NCBI RefSeq assembly: GCF_006345805.1
Contig: NC_042997.1
Location: 33,356,001-33,420,000, forward strand
Reading direction: 5' to 3'
Origin: Octopus sinensis
Taxonomy: Eukaryota
DNA: 64,000 nt
Shown: positions 25,603 to 38,399 of the stretch, piece after piece
Position numbering within the stretch: position 1 is the stretch's first letter
Layout: each line of letters starts with the position of its first letter
The notes under the pieces: generated by a model
What the model was told of the DNA's origin: nothing
Databases searched by the model: none
Seen by the model: only the letters and a program-made list of their open reading frames with translations
Program-made: the position numbers and the translations under genes

Positions 25603-25667
25603 GTGTAGATGATTGAGCATTCTGCTGATATGTGTACCACTAACGATATGTGTACCATTAACCATTT

Positions 25668-25699
<32 letters not shown>

Positions 25700-26998
25700 T
25701 TCTCGAATAAGGAAATGTTGCCGGCAAATCTTTTACTCCGATTTGTTCTAGGCATTGCTAAAGGGAATACTTTTATGCGCTTTATAATATTTATTTGAAA
25801 TCTTTAATAAAAACAGGAAAGCGAACTGCTAGATGTTAAAGGTTAATTGGTTGTAATAAAGTTGTAGCTATTACCACATTAATTCGTATGTACTCCGACT
25901 AAAGATTAATGCTGCAAGACAAGCTTTATGGTTAACATAAAGTTGTTTATGATTTATGGGGTGTTGAAGGCAACATATATTAAATTAATATAATTCCAGT
26001 CTGTTTCAATTCGAAGGAGGAACTGCGTCAGCATTAAGATTACAGAAATGAAAACAAATATAAACAATAGTGGAGTTAAGAAGAAAGCAGAACAAAGATC
26101 AACGTTTCAGACTACAGCAGGAATTAATTTGTGATTCTGTTGATTTGTGTTGCTTTCGTTCCTGTTTTATTTTGGATATAATATTTATAGTCCGATGTAG
26201 CTACTGACACCAGATTAAAACAAACTGCAGTTGAATTACTTTACTCTTAATATTTCTGCAATTTTTTCATTGTTATCTTGTATGTCAAACTCCAAACTCT
26301 CTCTCGTGATTTACACAGAGAAATATAGGCACAAGAAAATACGTACGTACGTACGTACATACATTTATACATACATACATGCAAGCACACATACATGTAT
26401 ATAACCTGCACATACAGATTTCGATTGCAATATTTGCCACTAATTATATCTGTGCAATTTTTTCGTTGTTATCTATCACTCTTATTTGGAGATTTACGCA
26501 GATGTACATATGCACAAAAAATGCATACACATACACTTATACGCACGCATACTTACTCACCCTCTCTCTCTCTCTCTCTCTCTCCCTCTCTCACGCACAC
26601 AGACCTGCACACACATCAGACCTCTCGCCTATTATCTTTTTGTTTCTTGAGTGGAACATACTTTCTGAGAAATACTATTCAACAATTATTACTTTCGCCG
26701 GCCATTATCCGAAGCTCTTCTCGTTTCTCGACAAGAGAATATAGACTGAAATAAATTTACTTATTCAGTTTCTTGGTGAAAGATCATAGACAGACACACT
26801 AAAGTGCAGCCTACTTCTCTCTTACAGAGCAAATTAGTAACTTTGTGTTTGTACTAAGTTGTTGTTTTGCCCTGAGATCTAAAGCCTTTTAAGCTTTATA
26901 CATAGAGCTTTTAGAGAACTTCTGTAGCGCTAGGATTCTTTTTTGCACGCAAACGAATTTCCATCTGCAAATAAGTTCTTCAGTACTTAGTCACGCAC

Positions 26999-27053
<55 letters not shown>

Positions 27054-27829
27054 ACACACACCACTATGGCAGTTTGACACCACACATGCACACACAGAGT
27101 TGCATACACATGCATACTAACATGGCAGACTAACAAACTATGTGAATTTGTGGATTTTCACTTAAGAAAACTGCAAGTAAAATTTATAATACTCGGAAAT
27201 AAATGGCAATGAATCAACAGTAGAATGTAAAGAATGTTTTATGTAAAGTAAAAAAGAATGTCGAGATCATTTATAATAACAGATATTATTATTATTATCG
27301 TTTTCTGAATCACTTTCACTCGCACACACCATCTCTTGTAGATACGATCGCCGATTCACAAGCACTCGTAGACGGACTGGTAGATTTCTTTTTAAAAAAC
27401 AAATCTACAGTTATTTGCTTAGAGGCTTTTTTCACTCTCAATAAATTTCTCGGATACACACAGAAGCATTTGATATGGTAGTAGAATGGTAGTAGAAGCA
27501 TTTGTTATGGTAGTAGAATGGTAGTAGAAACTTTTGCACTTCGTTTGCACTTTATATTCATTATAAAACAAAACTCGTAACCCCGGAGTCTTGTAAAGCG
27601 ATTCCTCGTAAAGTGAGGTATTACGGTACTATGTTTGCTCTTTTCATAACTCTTGATGTGTGTCTGTATGTATCTATGTGTATCTATGTGTTTGTGTAAA
27701 CTCGAAAGCGGGCAGCTATATCAAACTTCACCACAAGCCAATCGCATAAGAATGGCCACTGAAAAGGTGATTACACTGGCGATTCTCCAGCATGATCATA
27801 GCCTTTGGGTTAAAACATAAAGGAATGAA

Positions 27830-28010
27830 TATATATATAAATACAATATACATATATATATGTGCATGTATATATATGTATATATATATATATGTGTGTG
27901 TGTGGTGTGTGTGTGTATGTATGTATATTTGTATGTATATATGTATGTATATTTGTATGTATATATGTATATATATATATATGTATGTATATATATGTAT
28001 ATATGTATGC

Positions 28011-28057
<47 letters not shown>

Positions 28058-28090
28058 TATACATTTGTATGTGTGTATATATATACATAT
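27830..28090. repeat. (TA)/(TG)/(TATG) microsatellite
   Basis: Direct reading. Confidence 0.9.
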
Positions 28091-28252
28091 ATCACCGTGA
28101 TCACCGTCGCTGGTCACAATGCGGATCGCATTGTTTTAGCCTTCAAATGACGCCACCCCGCTGGCTAAGCGAGCAGGCCAACAGATGAAAGGTGAGAGAA
28201 AGTTGTGGCGAAAGATACAGCAGGGATCGCCACCACCCCCTGCCGGAGCCTC
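28091..28252 (-). mobile_element. 5'-truncated family C SINE (tail T4)
   Basis: Matches the 3' half of 20384-20694 and 36752-37062; head missing. Confidence 0.85.
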
Positions 28253-28656
28253 CTGGCAGTCAGTTGGGTTTTATTTCTTGCCTTTCTGAGTTCTTCGAGT
28301 GACTTTGTAGAAGAATCACTCTTGTATTGCATCAAAGCTGCACGCTTTGCTTCGATAACTGTTTCCAGCTCTGAGAGCCCAGCACTGAACCAATCTGGGT
28401 TTTGCCTTTCTCTCATGCCGAAAGTATCTATTGATGTGGTATACAAAGCTTCCTTGATATAATTCCACTTACTTTCAGCAGAGGAGGTTGGGCAGCTACT
28501 AAGGGCAACCTTGATAGAAAGAGCAAAACATCTTCGCAGTGTAGGGTCCGAGGTTCTGACCGTGTTAATGCGTGGTCGGCCCATTTTCTTGGAATGATGG
28601 ACTTTTTTAGGCAGAATCCTCACCCTGCTTCTTATTAGTGAATGATCTGTGTCACA
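28253..28656 (-). pseudogene. RTE LINE internal fragment (end of endonuclease + linker), open frame ~135 aa
   Basis: CDTDHSLIRSRV...W..IKEALY...FG.RERQNPDWF...KRAA...LRKARNKTQLTARR, typical of the RTE ORF between APE and RT. Confidence 0.82.
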
Positions 28657-28752
28657 ATATATACATACATATATATATATAAAAACATACATATATATAT
28701 ATAAATAAATAAATACATACATAGATATATATAAATGCATATATATATATAA

Positions 28753-28819
<67 letters not shown>

Positions 28820-28997
28820 AATATATATATATTCATGCATTTAAATTCATTATTCATCATCTCAATGTTTCAACCTTTTGCTTTTTCTCGTTTTTCATTT
28901 ATACATTTTGTATCTGATGCACTTAATATTTTTAATATATTTTTGTGTCTAATTTGCTTATCCAAATAATTGCTTGTGTGTGTGTTTGTGTGTGTGT

Positions 28998-29029
<32 letters not shown>

Positions 29030-29384
29030 CTGTGTGTGTGTGTGTGTGGTGTGTGTGTGTGTATAAATACACGAAACGCACATCACTCCACTCAGTGTAT
29101 GCACTAGGTTACTTATACACAAACGCACACATGCTCTCATATGCACACACAGACCTACATAATTTTAAGCTCTCCCACACGCACATTCACACGCGTTCGT
29201 CTCCATTCACACTTATTCACCCACACACACCATTCTTGCACACCCCTTTTCAGCCAGAACCCCATTATTATCCCCATTTCACTCAGCCTCTTTCTTCTAG
29301 GCATTTCATCATGTTGAACTGTTAATCTGAACAATTTTTTTTTTTACTCTCCTTTTATTTTTCGTTCTCTCTCCATTTTCTCAT

Positions 29385-29525
29385 CTCAGTCTTTTCTCTC
29401 GAAGAACGTAGGCTCCAAGCATCAAATACTTTTCTATTCTTCCCGAGTATCAAACTAATACACCTGCTTGTTGTTCCCTCACCTGTCTTCGTCTTTTGTT
29501 CTCGGTGTATTTGAACTATATATAG
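29385..29525 (+). mobile_element. Degenerate Penelope-like remnant related to 2865-3035
   Basis: cgaagaacgtaggctc...ctaatacac...ctgtcttcgtcttttgtt...tatatatag parallels 2905-3035. Confidence 0.5.
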
Positions 29526-30391
29526 TGAAATTCAGCCAAGAGTCAAAAGTGAGCTTATCTCTTATTATATGACATACGTTACTGCTTGAATGATAATATC
29601 TATTTGACAAGTCTAATCAGAATGCCAATTCTAATGGCGGGAAAATAAGTACGAGTAAGATAATGAGTTGATTGAACAAACCCCAACATGTTATTAGCAG
29701 CTACTTTATCGATCGTAAAGGGACGAAAGGTCAGTAGGCTTTTAAACTAAGAACAGCGAAGGAAACTAAAATATGCAACAAAATTAATCCAAGGCGATGT
29801 AGTTTTATCAAATAATCTATGCAATTTGCTGATAATATCGCGCTCTTACATTAGCTCAAGACATCGATTTTTAAAGAAAGACATATTTGACTGAATTGAC
29901 CCTTTTAAATTTGATCTAGCAAGCTATACTTGTAAGCAAGTATAGCTCAGCGAAATATACCATAGTTCCGTTGGTTGTTTTAGATATTTACATAGTCGCG
30001 AGCAGACATTGACAGTCACTCGTTCTTCTCACTCTTGATCCAGTGAAACATAGAGAATGTGAAAGCTAGAGGGATAAGGGCTGCATTAGAATCCGGTTGT
30101 TGCTCATTACAGTTGACTGGATCAACGTTAAATCAACGTGAAGGACACAAGTGCTGCCCGCTCCAGATATTGAACTTACGGTCTTATGATTTCAAGAAAT
30201 GAATGCCTTAACCACTAGGCCACGCATCTTCAGGGGTCTGACCCTATTACAGGCCAAATACTAAGTGCATTTCAGCAAGATTCGAACTCAGAACATATAT
30301 TGACAAAGCTAAATGATTTAATTTCTCTGTGATCAATAGCTGGCTCACGACAAAATTTAAGTATGGCCCACCCTTGAATACTTCTCATATA

Positions 30392-31368
30392 TTGTGTTGA
30401 GTCAAAAATTTTGCAATATTTTGGTAACTCACTGTATTCGTCAATTTACAACAAAAGCAGAAGTAGAGGTCATCGTGTTGCGCTGTCTGAAACCAGATTT
30501 CTGCCAGTTCTTTTGTGTCGTGCCGATACCAGGAAGTGAACCAGGGATCGGAACAAGTAATAATCCGGTGGAGATATTTTTCCGCAATCCTAAGGTGCAT
30601 AAGCAGTGGTTAAACAAGGCCCAGCTTCCGGATAAGTTGATGTTAAGCATCAGGCGGAATTATGAAGGGATATTTCACTACGAGTTCGTTCTTGGCGGCC
30701 GAACCACTGATGTCAACCTGTACTCCGAACAGCTGGAGCCGATGTATATCACCGTGCGGCAAAAATATCCGGCATTGGGTAACAGAAAGCGAACTCTACT
30801 GCAGCAGGAAATGCAAGACTTCAAACCGCTCGAACGACCTGAAATAAACACCAGGAAGTTTAGGGAATCGAAGAGATGCTACACCCACCATATAGTCCGG
30901 ACCGAGCTCCCCTCGGATTATTACTCGTTCCGATTCATGACTCACTCCCTGCAAGCTTCAGTAAAGGAGTTCTTCGCCTCGAAGGACAAGAACTGGTATC
31001 AGCGTGGGATCAAAGAACTGACAGAAAGATGGCTTCAGACGGTCCAACACGATGGCCTCTACATTGAATGCTAGGATGCTGTTGCTGTTGTTGTTGTTGT
31101 TGTTAAGCAACAAGACGGGTAAGGATGATTAGGTGATGGTCTAGGACTTAGGGGCGGGAGACCCCAGACCCTGGCAAAAAAAAAAAACTTTGGTCGTCTT
31201 GTTGTAGTCGAGAGCTCTTCGTTGACGCCCGACACCACTGGGAGGTGGCCCTCGAAGTCGCTGGAAATGGAGATCTCCAGGTCCAAATTCTTGAACGGCG
31301 GATGCTGCTACTGTGACAATAAAGCAAAACAATTACCAAAATATTGCAAAACTCTTGACTCAACACAA
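30392..31368 (+). mobile_element. Mariner DNA transposon, decayed, with nested insertion
   Basis: TIRs ttgtgttgagtcaa(aa/ga)gttttgcaatattttggtaa with TA flanks; remnants KYPALGNRK..LLQ, HPPYSPDRAP.DY, FFASK...WYQRGIKELTERW. Confidence 0.88.
31076..31320 (-). repeat. Unclassified GC-rich dispersed repeat D, copy 1
   Basis: Reverse complement of 35508-35760; bounded by CAG/CAA-type repeats; lies just after the mariner stop codon. Confidence 0.75.
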
Positions 31369-31631
31369 TATTTGATATAGCGTTTTTATTATTATTATTC
31401 ATATTATATAAAAAAGGCGGCTACCTAACAGATTCGTTGGCACGATGAGCAAATTGCTTCTTTTGTACGCTCTGAGTTCAAATTCCGCCGATAAAATAAG
31501 TACCAGTTGAACGCTGAGGTTGATGTAATCCACTTACCCCTTCCCCGAAATTGCTGGCGCTGTGTCAAAATTTGAAACAATTATTATTCATATTACACGC
31601 AAACATTCTAGAATGCTTACGGAGTGACAGC

Positions 31632-31918
31632 AAGCATTTCGGAGTGGTTGCTGCGAGATGATTTTAGGTGTATTTACTCCGTTTGTCTACAGCGAGAAAG
31701 TTTCTCCATAACAAAACTCAATGAATGGCCTTCTTACTGGTTCGCTGTTTAGCGCTGACACCCCATAATTTTTTTTTACGGTGAGCCACCTATTAGCGCT
31801 ACCAGTCATTGTACGATGACTGGAGTATCATAAGTGAGAAAATTTCTCTTACCAGCTCGCAACGCATCCTGTCCGGTTTCTGTGACTAAAGAGGAGATAA
31901 CCACTCCGAAATGCTTAC
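31632..31918. mobile_element. Possible small MITE
   Basis: 18-bp inverted repeat aagcatttcggagtggtt / aaccactccgaaatgctt ~250 bp apart; no TSD confirmed. Confidence 0.35.
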
Positions 31919-32078
31919 ATCTCACTGTCTGGGTAGGTGGCGCTGCGAGCTGATTTTGGTGTATTAACATCATTTGTCAACAGCGAGAAATTTTCTCCAT
32001 GCAAAACATGGTGAATTATTTTCTTACGGATTCGAACGTGTCCTAAGCATATTAGAAGTGGTAATAACCTTGCATTCT

Positions 32079-32383
32079 GTGGAGGCACATGGCCTAGTGG
32101 TTAGAGCAGCGGACTCGCGGTCGAGGGATCGCGGGTTCGAATCTCAGACCGGGCGATGTGTGTGTTTATGAGCGAAACACCTAAGCTCCACGCGCGGCTC
32201 CGGCAGAAGGTAATGGCGAACTTCTGCTGACTCTTTCGCCAACAACTTTCTCTCACCCTTTCCTCCTGCATCTTGCAGTTCACCTGCCACGAACCGGCGT
32301 CCCGTCCAGGTGGGGAACCTATACGTCAAGGAAACCGGGAAACCGGCCCTTATGAGCCAGGCATGGCTCGAGAAGGAACAAAC
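32079..32383 (+). mobile_element. tRNA-derived SINE, family C-like body with tail T6
   Basis: Perfect 16-bp TSD aataaccttgcattct (32063-32078, 32384-32399); tail ccggcgtcccgtccagg...ggaaaccggcccttatgagcc. Confidence 0.9.
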
Positions 32384-32424
32384 AATAACCTTGCATTCTA
32401 GAACGTATCCAAATGAAGCCTCCG

Positions 32425-32666
32425 CCCTATGCACTGGCTGGCAAGGATTCTCCTGACCCCCAATACAGGCCCGCATAACTGCTGTTACCTTTGTCTTTCT
32501 TTTCTGTAGATACTACAGCGGTCTCATCTGAATTACCAAGCTAACCCTAACCTTATGCACTGGCTGGCAAGGATTCTTCTGACCCCCAATACAGGCCCGC
32601 ATAATTACTGTTACCTTTGTCTTTCTTTTCTGTAGATACAGCGGTCTCTTCTGAATTACCAAGCTA
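32425..32666 (+). repeat. Tandem duplication of a ~118-bp unique segment
   Basis: Units 32425-32543 and 32551-32666, highly similar, with a 7-bp spacer accctaa. Confidence 0.9.
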
Positions 32667-33129
32667 CATACTACTTCCACTCAAGCGCACCCTATGCTCT
32701 AATCTCTTCTCATATCAGGTTGTAACCAGAGGGTTACAATCCCAGAGTTGTAACCCTCTGGATTTCAATTCCTAACTACTTTAGTTCCAGCACCAACTAT
32801 TAAAATCAGATATGTTGTTTATTTCATTCACCACCGACTAAAAAACCTTCGACCCGCCTGTCAATTCTCTCATTCAATATGATTGATAAATATGAAAAGA
32901 AATCACTTAGCGAATATCTGGTTGTTAAGTGATTTTATAAATCACAGAAAGGGGGGAGAAAGAATAGAGCTTCACACGTCAACGTTTTGTATGTGTTCAA
33001 GTTGAGTATATTCGAATGTATCGATTATTGTTAGAAAGCTTCCTTATTGAGTGGAGTGCATCTGTTGCGTTGCTATGGGAACAGGACTAATATTCATTAA
33101 AAAACACGTCATGCATTCTGTGTTAATTA

Positions 33130-33317
33130 TTTTTGTTGCTGTTGTTGATGCTGTTGTTGTTGTTGCTGTTGTTGTTGTTGTTGCTGTTGTTGTTGTTGTT
33201 GTTGCTGTTGTTGTTGTTGTTCATCATCTTCTTCTTCTTCTTTTTCTTCTTTTTCGTAGCTGTGTCTAGCTATGTGGGCCTTGTAAACTCTGGTATGCTT
33301 GTCATCATCATCATCAC

Positions 33318-33382
<65 letters not shown>

Positions 33383-33660
33383 GTAGCAGCAGTATCGTCA
33401 TCATCATCATTGCCATTATCGTCATCGCTGTTGTCATCGTCATCATCATCATCATCACTACCACCACCACCACCACCACCACTATATTCATCACTGTCAT
33501 TATCATCACCCTCCTCCTCATCATCATCATCCTCATCGCCATTATCGTCATCGTTGTCGTCGTCGTCATTATTATATCACCACCACCACCACCACCACCA
33601 CCACCACCATATTCATCACCGTTATCATCATCATCATCATCATCATCATCATCGTCGTCG

Positions 33661-33701
<41 letters not shown>

Positions 33702-33705
33702 TTTT
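33130..33705. repeat. Compound trinucleotide block (GTT)n(CTT)n(ATC)n(ACC)n
   Basis: Direct reading; source of the homopolymer ORFs. Confidence 0.9.
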
Positions 33706-34159
33706 TAACGGTTTCATGCGAATGTCTTTAATCGCGTACCTCCACGATGTTCCTGGGGGATATGTGCAGCACTGTCTTTAGGGAGTGCGTGTTAGTGTTT
33801 TCTTGTTCCCTGGTGTTATTTTAGTGTTTCGCTAGTTTTTAGTACGTTAAAATAAGTCCAACGTGAGCTGCGTGGCGACAGTATTTCGTATATATTTCGT
33901 GTTGAATGCTATATTGGCGATTGGTCATAATTGAGACTGCATACTGTGTGGGTTGTGTAATAGTATCGGGCTGCAATAATGTAGAATATGGATTGTGTGA
34001 GTTGCTGGTAATGCGTAGGATGTGTTGTATCATCGAATGAGTATTATTAGAGAATGGTTAATGTATATTTTATTGTCATTGAGTTGAGTATGTGTTGTAC
34101 GAGTTCTGCAGATGGTCTACAGAAGGAATTCAAAGTGTCTCTCATAGAATATGAATTGC

Positions 34160-34318
34160 ATCTAGCTATGTGGGCGTTGTAATCCCTGGTATGGTTGTCA
34201 TCATCACCGTCATCATCACCGTCATCATCACCATTGCCATTATCGTTATTGCTCCTGTTGTCGTCGCGTCGTCATCATCATCATCACCATCACCATCATC
34301 ATCATCATCATCATCACC

Positions 34319-34352
<34 letters not shown>

Positions 34353-34390
34353 TCATCATCGTCATTGTCATTGCCATTATCGTCATTCCA
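34160..34390. repeat. Second (ATC)n(ACC)n block with a flank paralogous to 33265
   Basis: tctagctatgtgggc..tgtaa...tggtatg.ttgtcatcatca present at both sites. Confidence 0.8.
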
Positions 34391-34864
34391 TGTCGCCAAA
34401 AGTTTAAGCTTACGTCTCTCCGAAAGTCTGTAATGAATTGTCATTTGATGCTTAGAGTTTTGATAGTTTTGTTGATGCGACCACGAAGAGAGAAAGTTAG
34501 TTATTCTATTTCGGAGATCTTATTAATTATAAAGTTATTATTTACAACCATTCTTAAATAACAATTTCACAAAATACATTGTGTGAAGAGCAAGAAGGGC
34601 TCCTGGGAGAAAAAGTGGTTGAGACAGGCTGCGAAGAATCTTCGATTCGTACTTGCTAGTGATAGATTTTTTTCCTTTTGTTCGAAATTTACGAAGAAGA
34701 TATGTACACAGGCAGCACAACCACTGCCACCATAGTTCGTGATAATGGTAACAACAGCAAAAACAATAACAACAGCACCACTTTCGGTTCCGCTGCCCAC
34801 CACATGAACCAAAGACGGAGCCTCTACGTAGCCATACGACTTGTAGAAACAGTATCCAACTCAA

Positions 34865-35282
34865 GGGTGGCGAGCTGGCAGAAACGTTAGCACGCCGGGT
34901 GAAATGCGTAGCCGTATTTCGTCTGCCGTTACGTTCTGAGTTCAAATTCCGCCGAGGTCGACTTTGCCTTTCATCCTTTCAGGGTCGATAAATTAAGTAC
35001 CAGTTACGCACTGGGTCGATATAATCGACTTAATCCGTTTGTCTGTCCTTGTTTGTCCCCTCTGTGTTTAGCCCCTTGTGGGTAGTAAAGAAATAGTTAT
35101 TTCGTCTGCCGTTACGTTCTGAGTTCAAATTCCGCCGAGGTCGGCTTTGCCTTTCATCCTTTCGGGGTCGATTAAATAAGTACCAGTTACGCACTGGGGT
35201 CGATGTAATCGACGTAACCCCTTTGTCTGTCCTTGTTTGTCCTCTCTATGTTTAGCTCCTTGTGGGCAAAAAAAAAAGAAAT
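34865..35282 (+). mobile_element. Family A SINE dimer with 14-bp TSD
   Basis: TSD agtatccaactcaa at 34851-34864 and 35283-35296; junction aaagaaata|gttatttcgtc at ~35095. Confidence 0.9.
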
Positions 35283-35507
35283 AGTATCCAACTCAAATCA
35301 CACCCTAGCTTCTTAGAAAAGATACATCGGTGATGTTAGTTTCCTTGTGCATAGAAAAACAGAATGAAAAAGCATAAATGGAATTCCTTTTATCATAGAT
35401 CGGCTCATTCAGTGTATACATGATGTAGCATCATCCACTCAAGTACCTTCTAGTCATAGCAGACACCAAGGTAACATAGCGTCTCACTACTGCTGACACT
35501 GCAACTG

Positions 35508-35760
35508 TACCATTGTCAACAGCAGCAGCAGCCGTTCAAGAATTTGGACCTGGAGACCTCCATTTCCAGCGACTTCGAGGGTCACTTCCCAGTGGTGTCG
35601 GGCGTCAACGAAGAGCCCTCGACTACAACAAGACGACCAAAGTTTTTTTTTTTTTTCCCAACGTCTGGGGTCTCCCGCCCCTAAGCCCTAGACCATCACC
35701 TAATCACCCTCACCCGTCTTGTTGCTTAACAACAACAACAGCAGCAGCAGCAGCAGCAGC
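35508..35760 (+). repeat. Unclassified GC-rich dispersed repeat D, copy 2
   Basis: gccgttcaagaatttggacctggag...cccgtcttgttgcttaacaacaac shared with 31076-31320. Confidence 0.75.
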
Positions 35761-36686
35761 AATAGAAGCAGTAGCAACGACCGCATGTGCAGTAGCAACT
35801 TCGTGAAGGACTGGCAACACCAACCAAACAGATATCAGTCGACCTTTTCTCCAAAAACGAAATAGAGAGACAGAGACAACATTAACAAAGGCACATACAG
35901 ATAGACATCATCTCCGACTGCTCTCCTCCGAGACTTCGTCAACAGACGGAGACAAGAGACCGTGACAAAAATCGTGACCGGATCTATGATTCCCATATGA
36001 TGTGAGATATTTTCCTGCAAAAGAACAAGCGAGCAATTTTTGGAAAAGCCTTGTAAGGGCTTTTTCCCACGAAGAAGACTAGACAATCCTTTTTTTGAGC
36101 CCAAAGTAACGAATTTCTATCGCTTTCTAAACTACAAAAAAATAACTATGAAAAACAAAGGCAACTCTATAAAAGATCCTGGATAATTCAATAGTTTATA
36201 TATGATTTTTGAATTATATAAATATAAACACCGCACGGAACCTCAAAGCCGCTACCGTTCCCTCTAGCCAGCTTGTTTATTGTTACTGAGAGTGATAAAC
36301 TGAGAATACTTGGCACTTATTTCAGAACTAAGTCTATCACTGTTTTCTCTTTTTCTTTTTCTTTATCCTTTTGTTGAGGCATTTCTCGAAGCTCCGGTTT
36401 TTTTTTAAATTTGATCCCAGAAACCCCAGAGTCAGAAACAGATACCGATCTACTAGTTCCAATAATCTACTGCCCCGGACTGGTATTGGCACCAGCGGGT
36501 TTTCAACCCAGACCTGAGAGAGAGAAGGAAAAAAACCGTATGGTCTTCTGATACTGTTCTGCCAATTTGTTGATTCATATACATAAATCACAGAATATAT
36601 AAATATGAATATATATATATATGTAATATATAAATAAATACATAGATAGAAAGGTACATACACACGCGCACGCATACAAGCGCACA

Positions 36687-36751
<65 letters not shown>

Positions 36752-36756
<5 letters not shown>

Positions 36757-37062
36757 CGTGATCACCGTGATCGACCAGGCTATCAGATGTTGCTACACAT
36801 CGCTGATCACAATGCGCTTCGCATTGCTTTAGCCTTCAAATTACGCCACCCCGCTGGCTAAGCGAGCAGGCCAACAGAAGAAAGAGTGAGAGAAAGTTGT
36901 AGCGAAAGAGTACACCAGGGATCGCCACCATCCCCTGCCGGAGCCTCGTGGAGCTTTAGGTGTTTTCGCTCAATAAACACTCACAACGCCTGGTCTGGGA
37001 ATCGAAACCGCGATCCTACGACCGCGAGTCCGCTGCCCTAACCACTGGGTCATTGTGCCTCC
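36752..37062 (-). mobile_element. Family C SINE with tail T4
   Basis: Full-length reverse complement of 20384-20694. Confidence 0.88.
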
Positions 37063-37570
37063 ATTGTATATATATATATATACAGAGAGAGAGAGAGAGA
37101 GATACTTTATCGTACAATCACGAAAAATTACGCAAGAAGACCAAATAGAACCTCCACAAAAATGTATCTGCCGCTGAAACACGCCTTCTCTTTCCTAAGT
37201 CATTCAGTTGATTGTGATCTCTGTAAACAAACTCTCCAGCGATATCTCTCTCAATATCTCACTTCATATATTTTCAGGAAATACAATGCCCGAATCACCA
37301 TCGCTCTTTAGAAGAGATGAAAAGAACAAGAGTGCTTAGCAACAGCTGCATGTTTTGCCAATCAATGTCATACAGTCAGAGCCACACTGCTACTCAGGCA
37401 AAATATTACTCCCTGCTAAATTATATGCCTCTAGGGTTATTCCTCATCACCAAACAATATTTTGTTTTCGGCGAAAGTTTTGATGAAAAATATACTTGTT
37501 TTGTACTCTATTATGTATTACTCCCTCCTTGAAAATGAAATTGTAATATCTATCATTAAAAATTCGCGCT

Positions 37571-38125
37571 CCGGGCGAAATGCTTAGTGGTATTTCTCTG
37601 CGGTTACGTTCTGAGTTCAAATACCGCCGAGGTCGACTTTGCCTTTCATCCTTTCGGGGTCGATAAATTAAGGACCAGTTACGCACTGGGGTCGATGTAA
37701 TCGACTTAATCCGTTTATCTGTCCTTGTTTGTCCTCTCTGTGTTTAGCCCCTTGTGGGTAGTAAAGAAATAGGTATTTCGTCTGCCGCTACGTTCTGAGT
37801 TCAAATTCCGCCGAGGTCGGCTTTGCCTTTCATCCTTTCGGGGTTGATAAATTAAGTACCCGTTACGCACTGGGATCGATATAATCGACTTAATCCGCGT
37901 GTCTGTCCTTGTTTGTCCTCTCTGTGTTTAGCCCCTTGTGGGTAGTAAAGAAATAGGTATTTCGTCTGTCTGTCTGTCTTTACATTCTGAGTTCAAATTC
38001 CGCTGTGGTTGACTTTGCCATTCATCTTTTTGGAGTCGATAAAAAAAAGTATCAGTTGATCACTGGGGTCGATTTAATTAGCTTAACTCCTCCCCCAAAA
38101 CTGCTGGCCTTGTGCCAAAATTTCA
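37571..38125 (+). mobile_element. Family A SINE trimer (A1, A1, A2)
   Basis: Two aaagaaata|ggtatttcgtc junctions at ~37772 and ~37957; last unit ends in A2 tail ctggccttgtgccaaaatttcaaac. Confidence 0.88.
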
Positions 38126-38399
38126 AACAATATTTATTATCAAAAATGTTATTTATATTTATAAAATGTATGTTTATGAAAGATCCTGGTCCTGCCTTGA
38201 CGATAGAGAAAAAAAGAACAGAGAAAGACAAAGAAACTTAGAAGAGGCTCTTACGAAAGGTTTTGTAACCAATGTATTCGACGCGAGATTGGCTATCGAC
38301 CAATTCTTTCATAAACGCAAAGCAGAAGCACTGCTTAAGCAAAGCCAAAGCGCGTCCTCTAAGACATAAGGAGACGAAAGCCGTTTGATGGGCTCAAAT

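Noticed and set aside
31074-31307. ggatgctg as a possible 8-bp TSD of repeat D
   Set aside because: Similarity to copy 2 continues past the right-hand match, so it is inside the element.
36337-36513. Minus-strand acceptor ttttttccttctctctctcag followed by a 58-codon frame
   Set aside because: The acceptor is a (CT)n tract and the peptide is unrecognisable; insufficient evidence.
37571-38125. Repeat-spacer-like arrays of family A units
   Set aside because: Units are ~190-bp SINE bodies in a eukaryotic context, with no short repeats, unique spacers or cas genes; not CRISPR.
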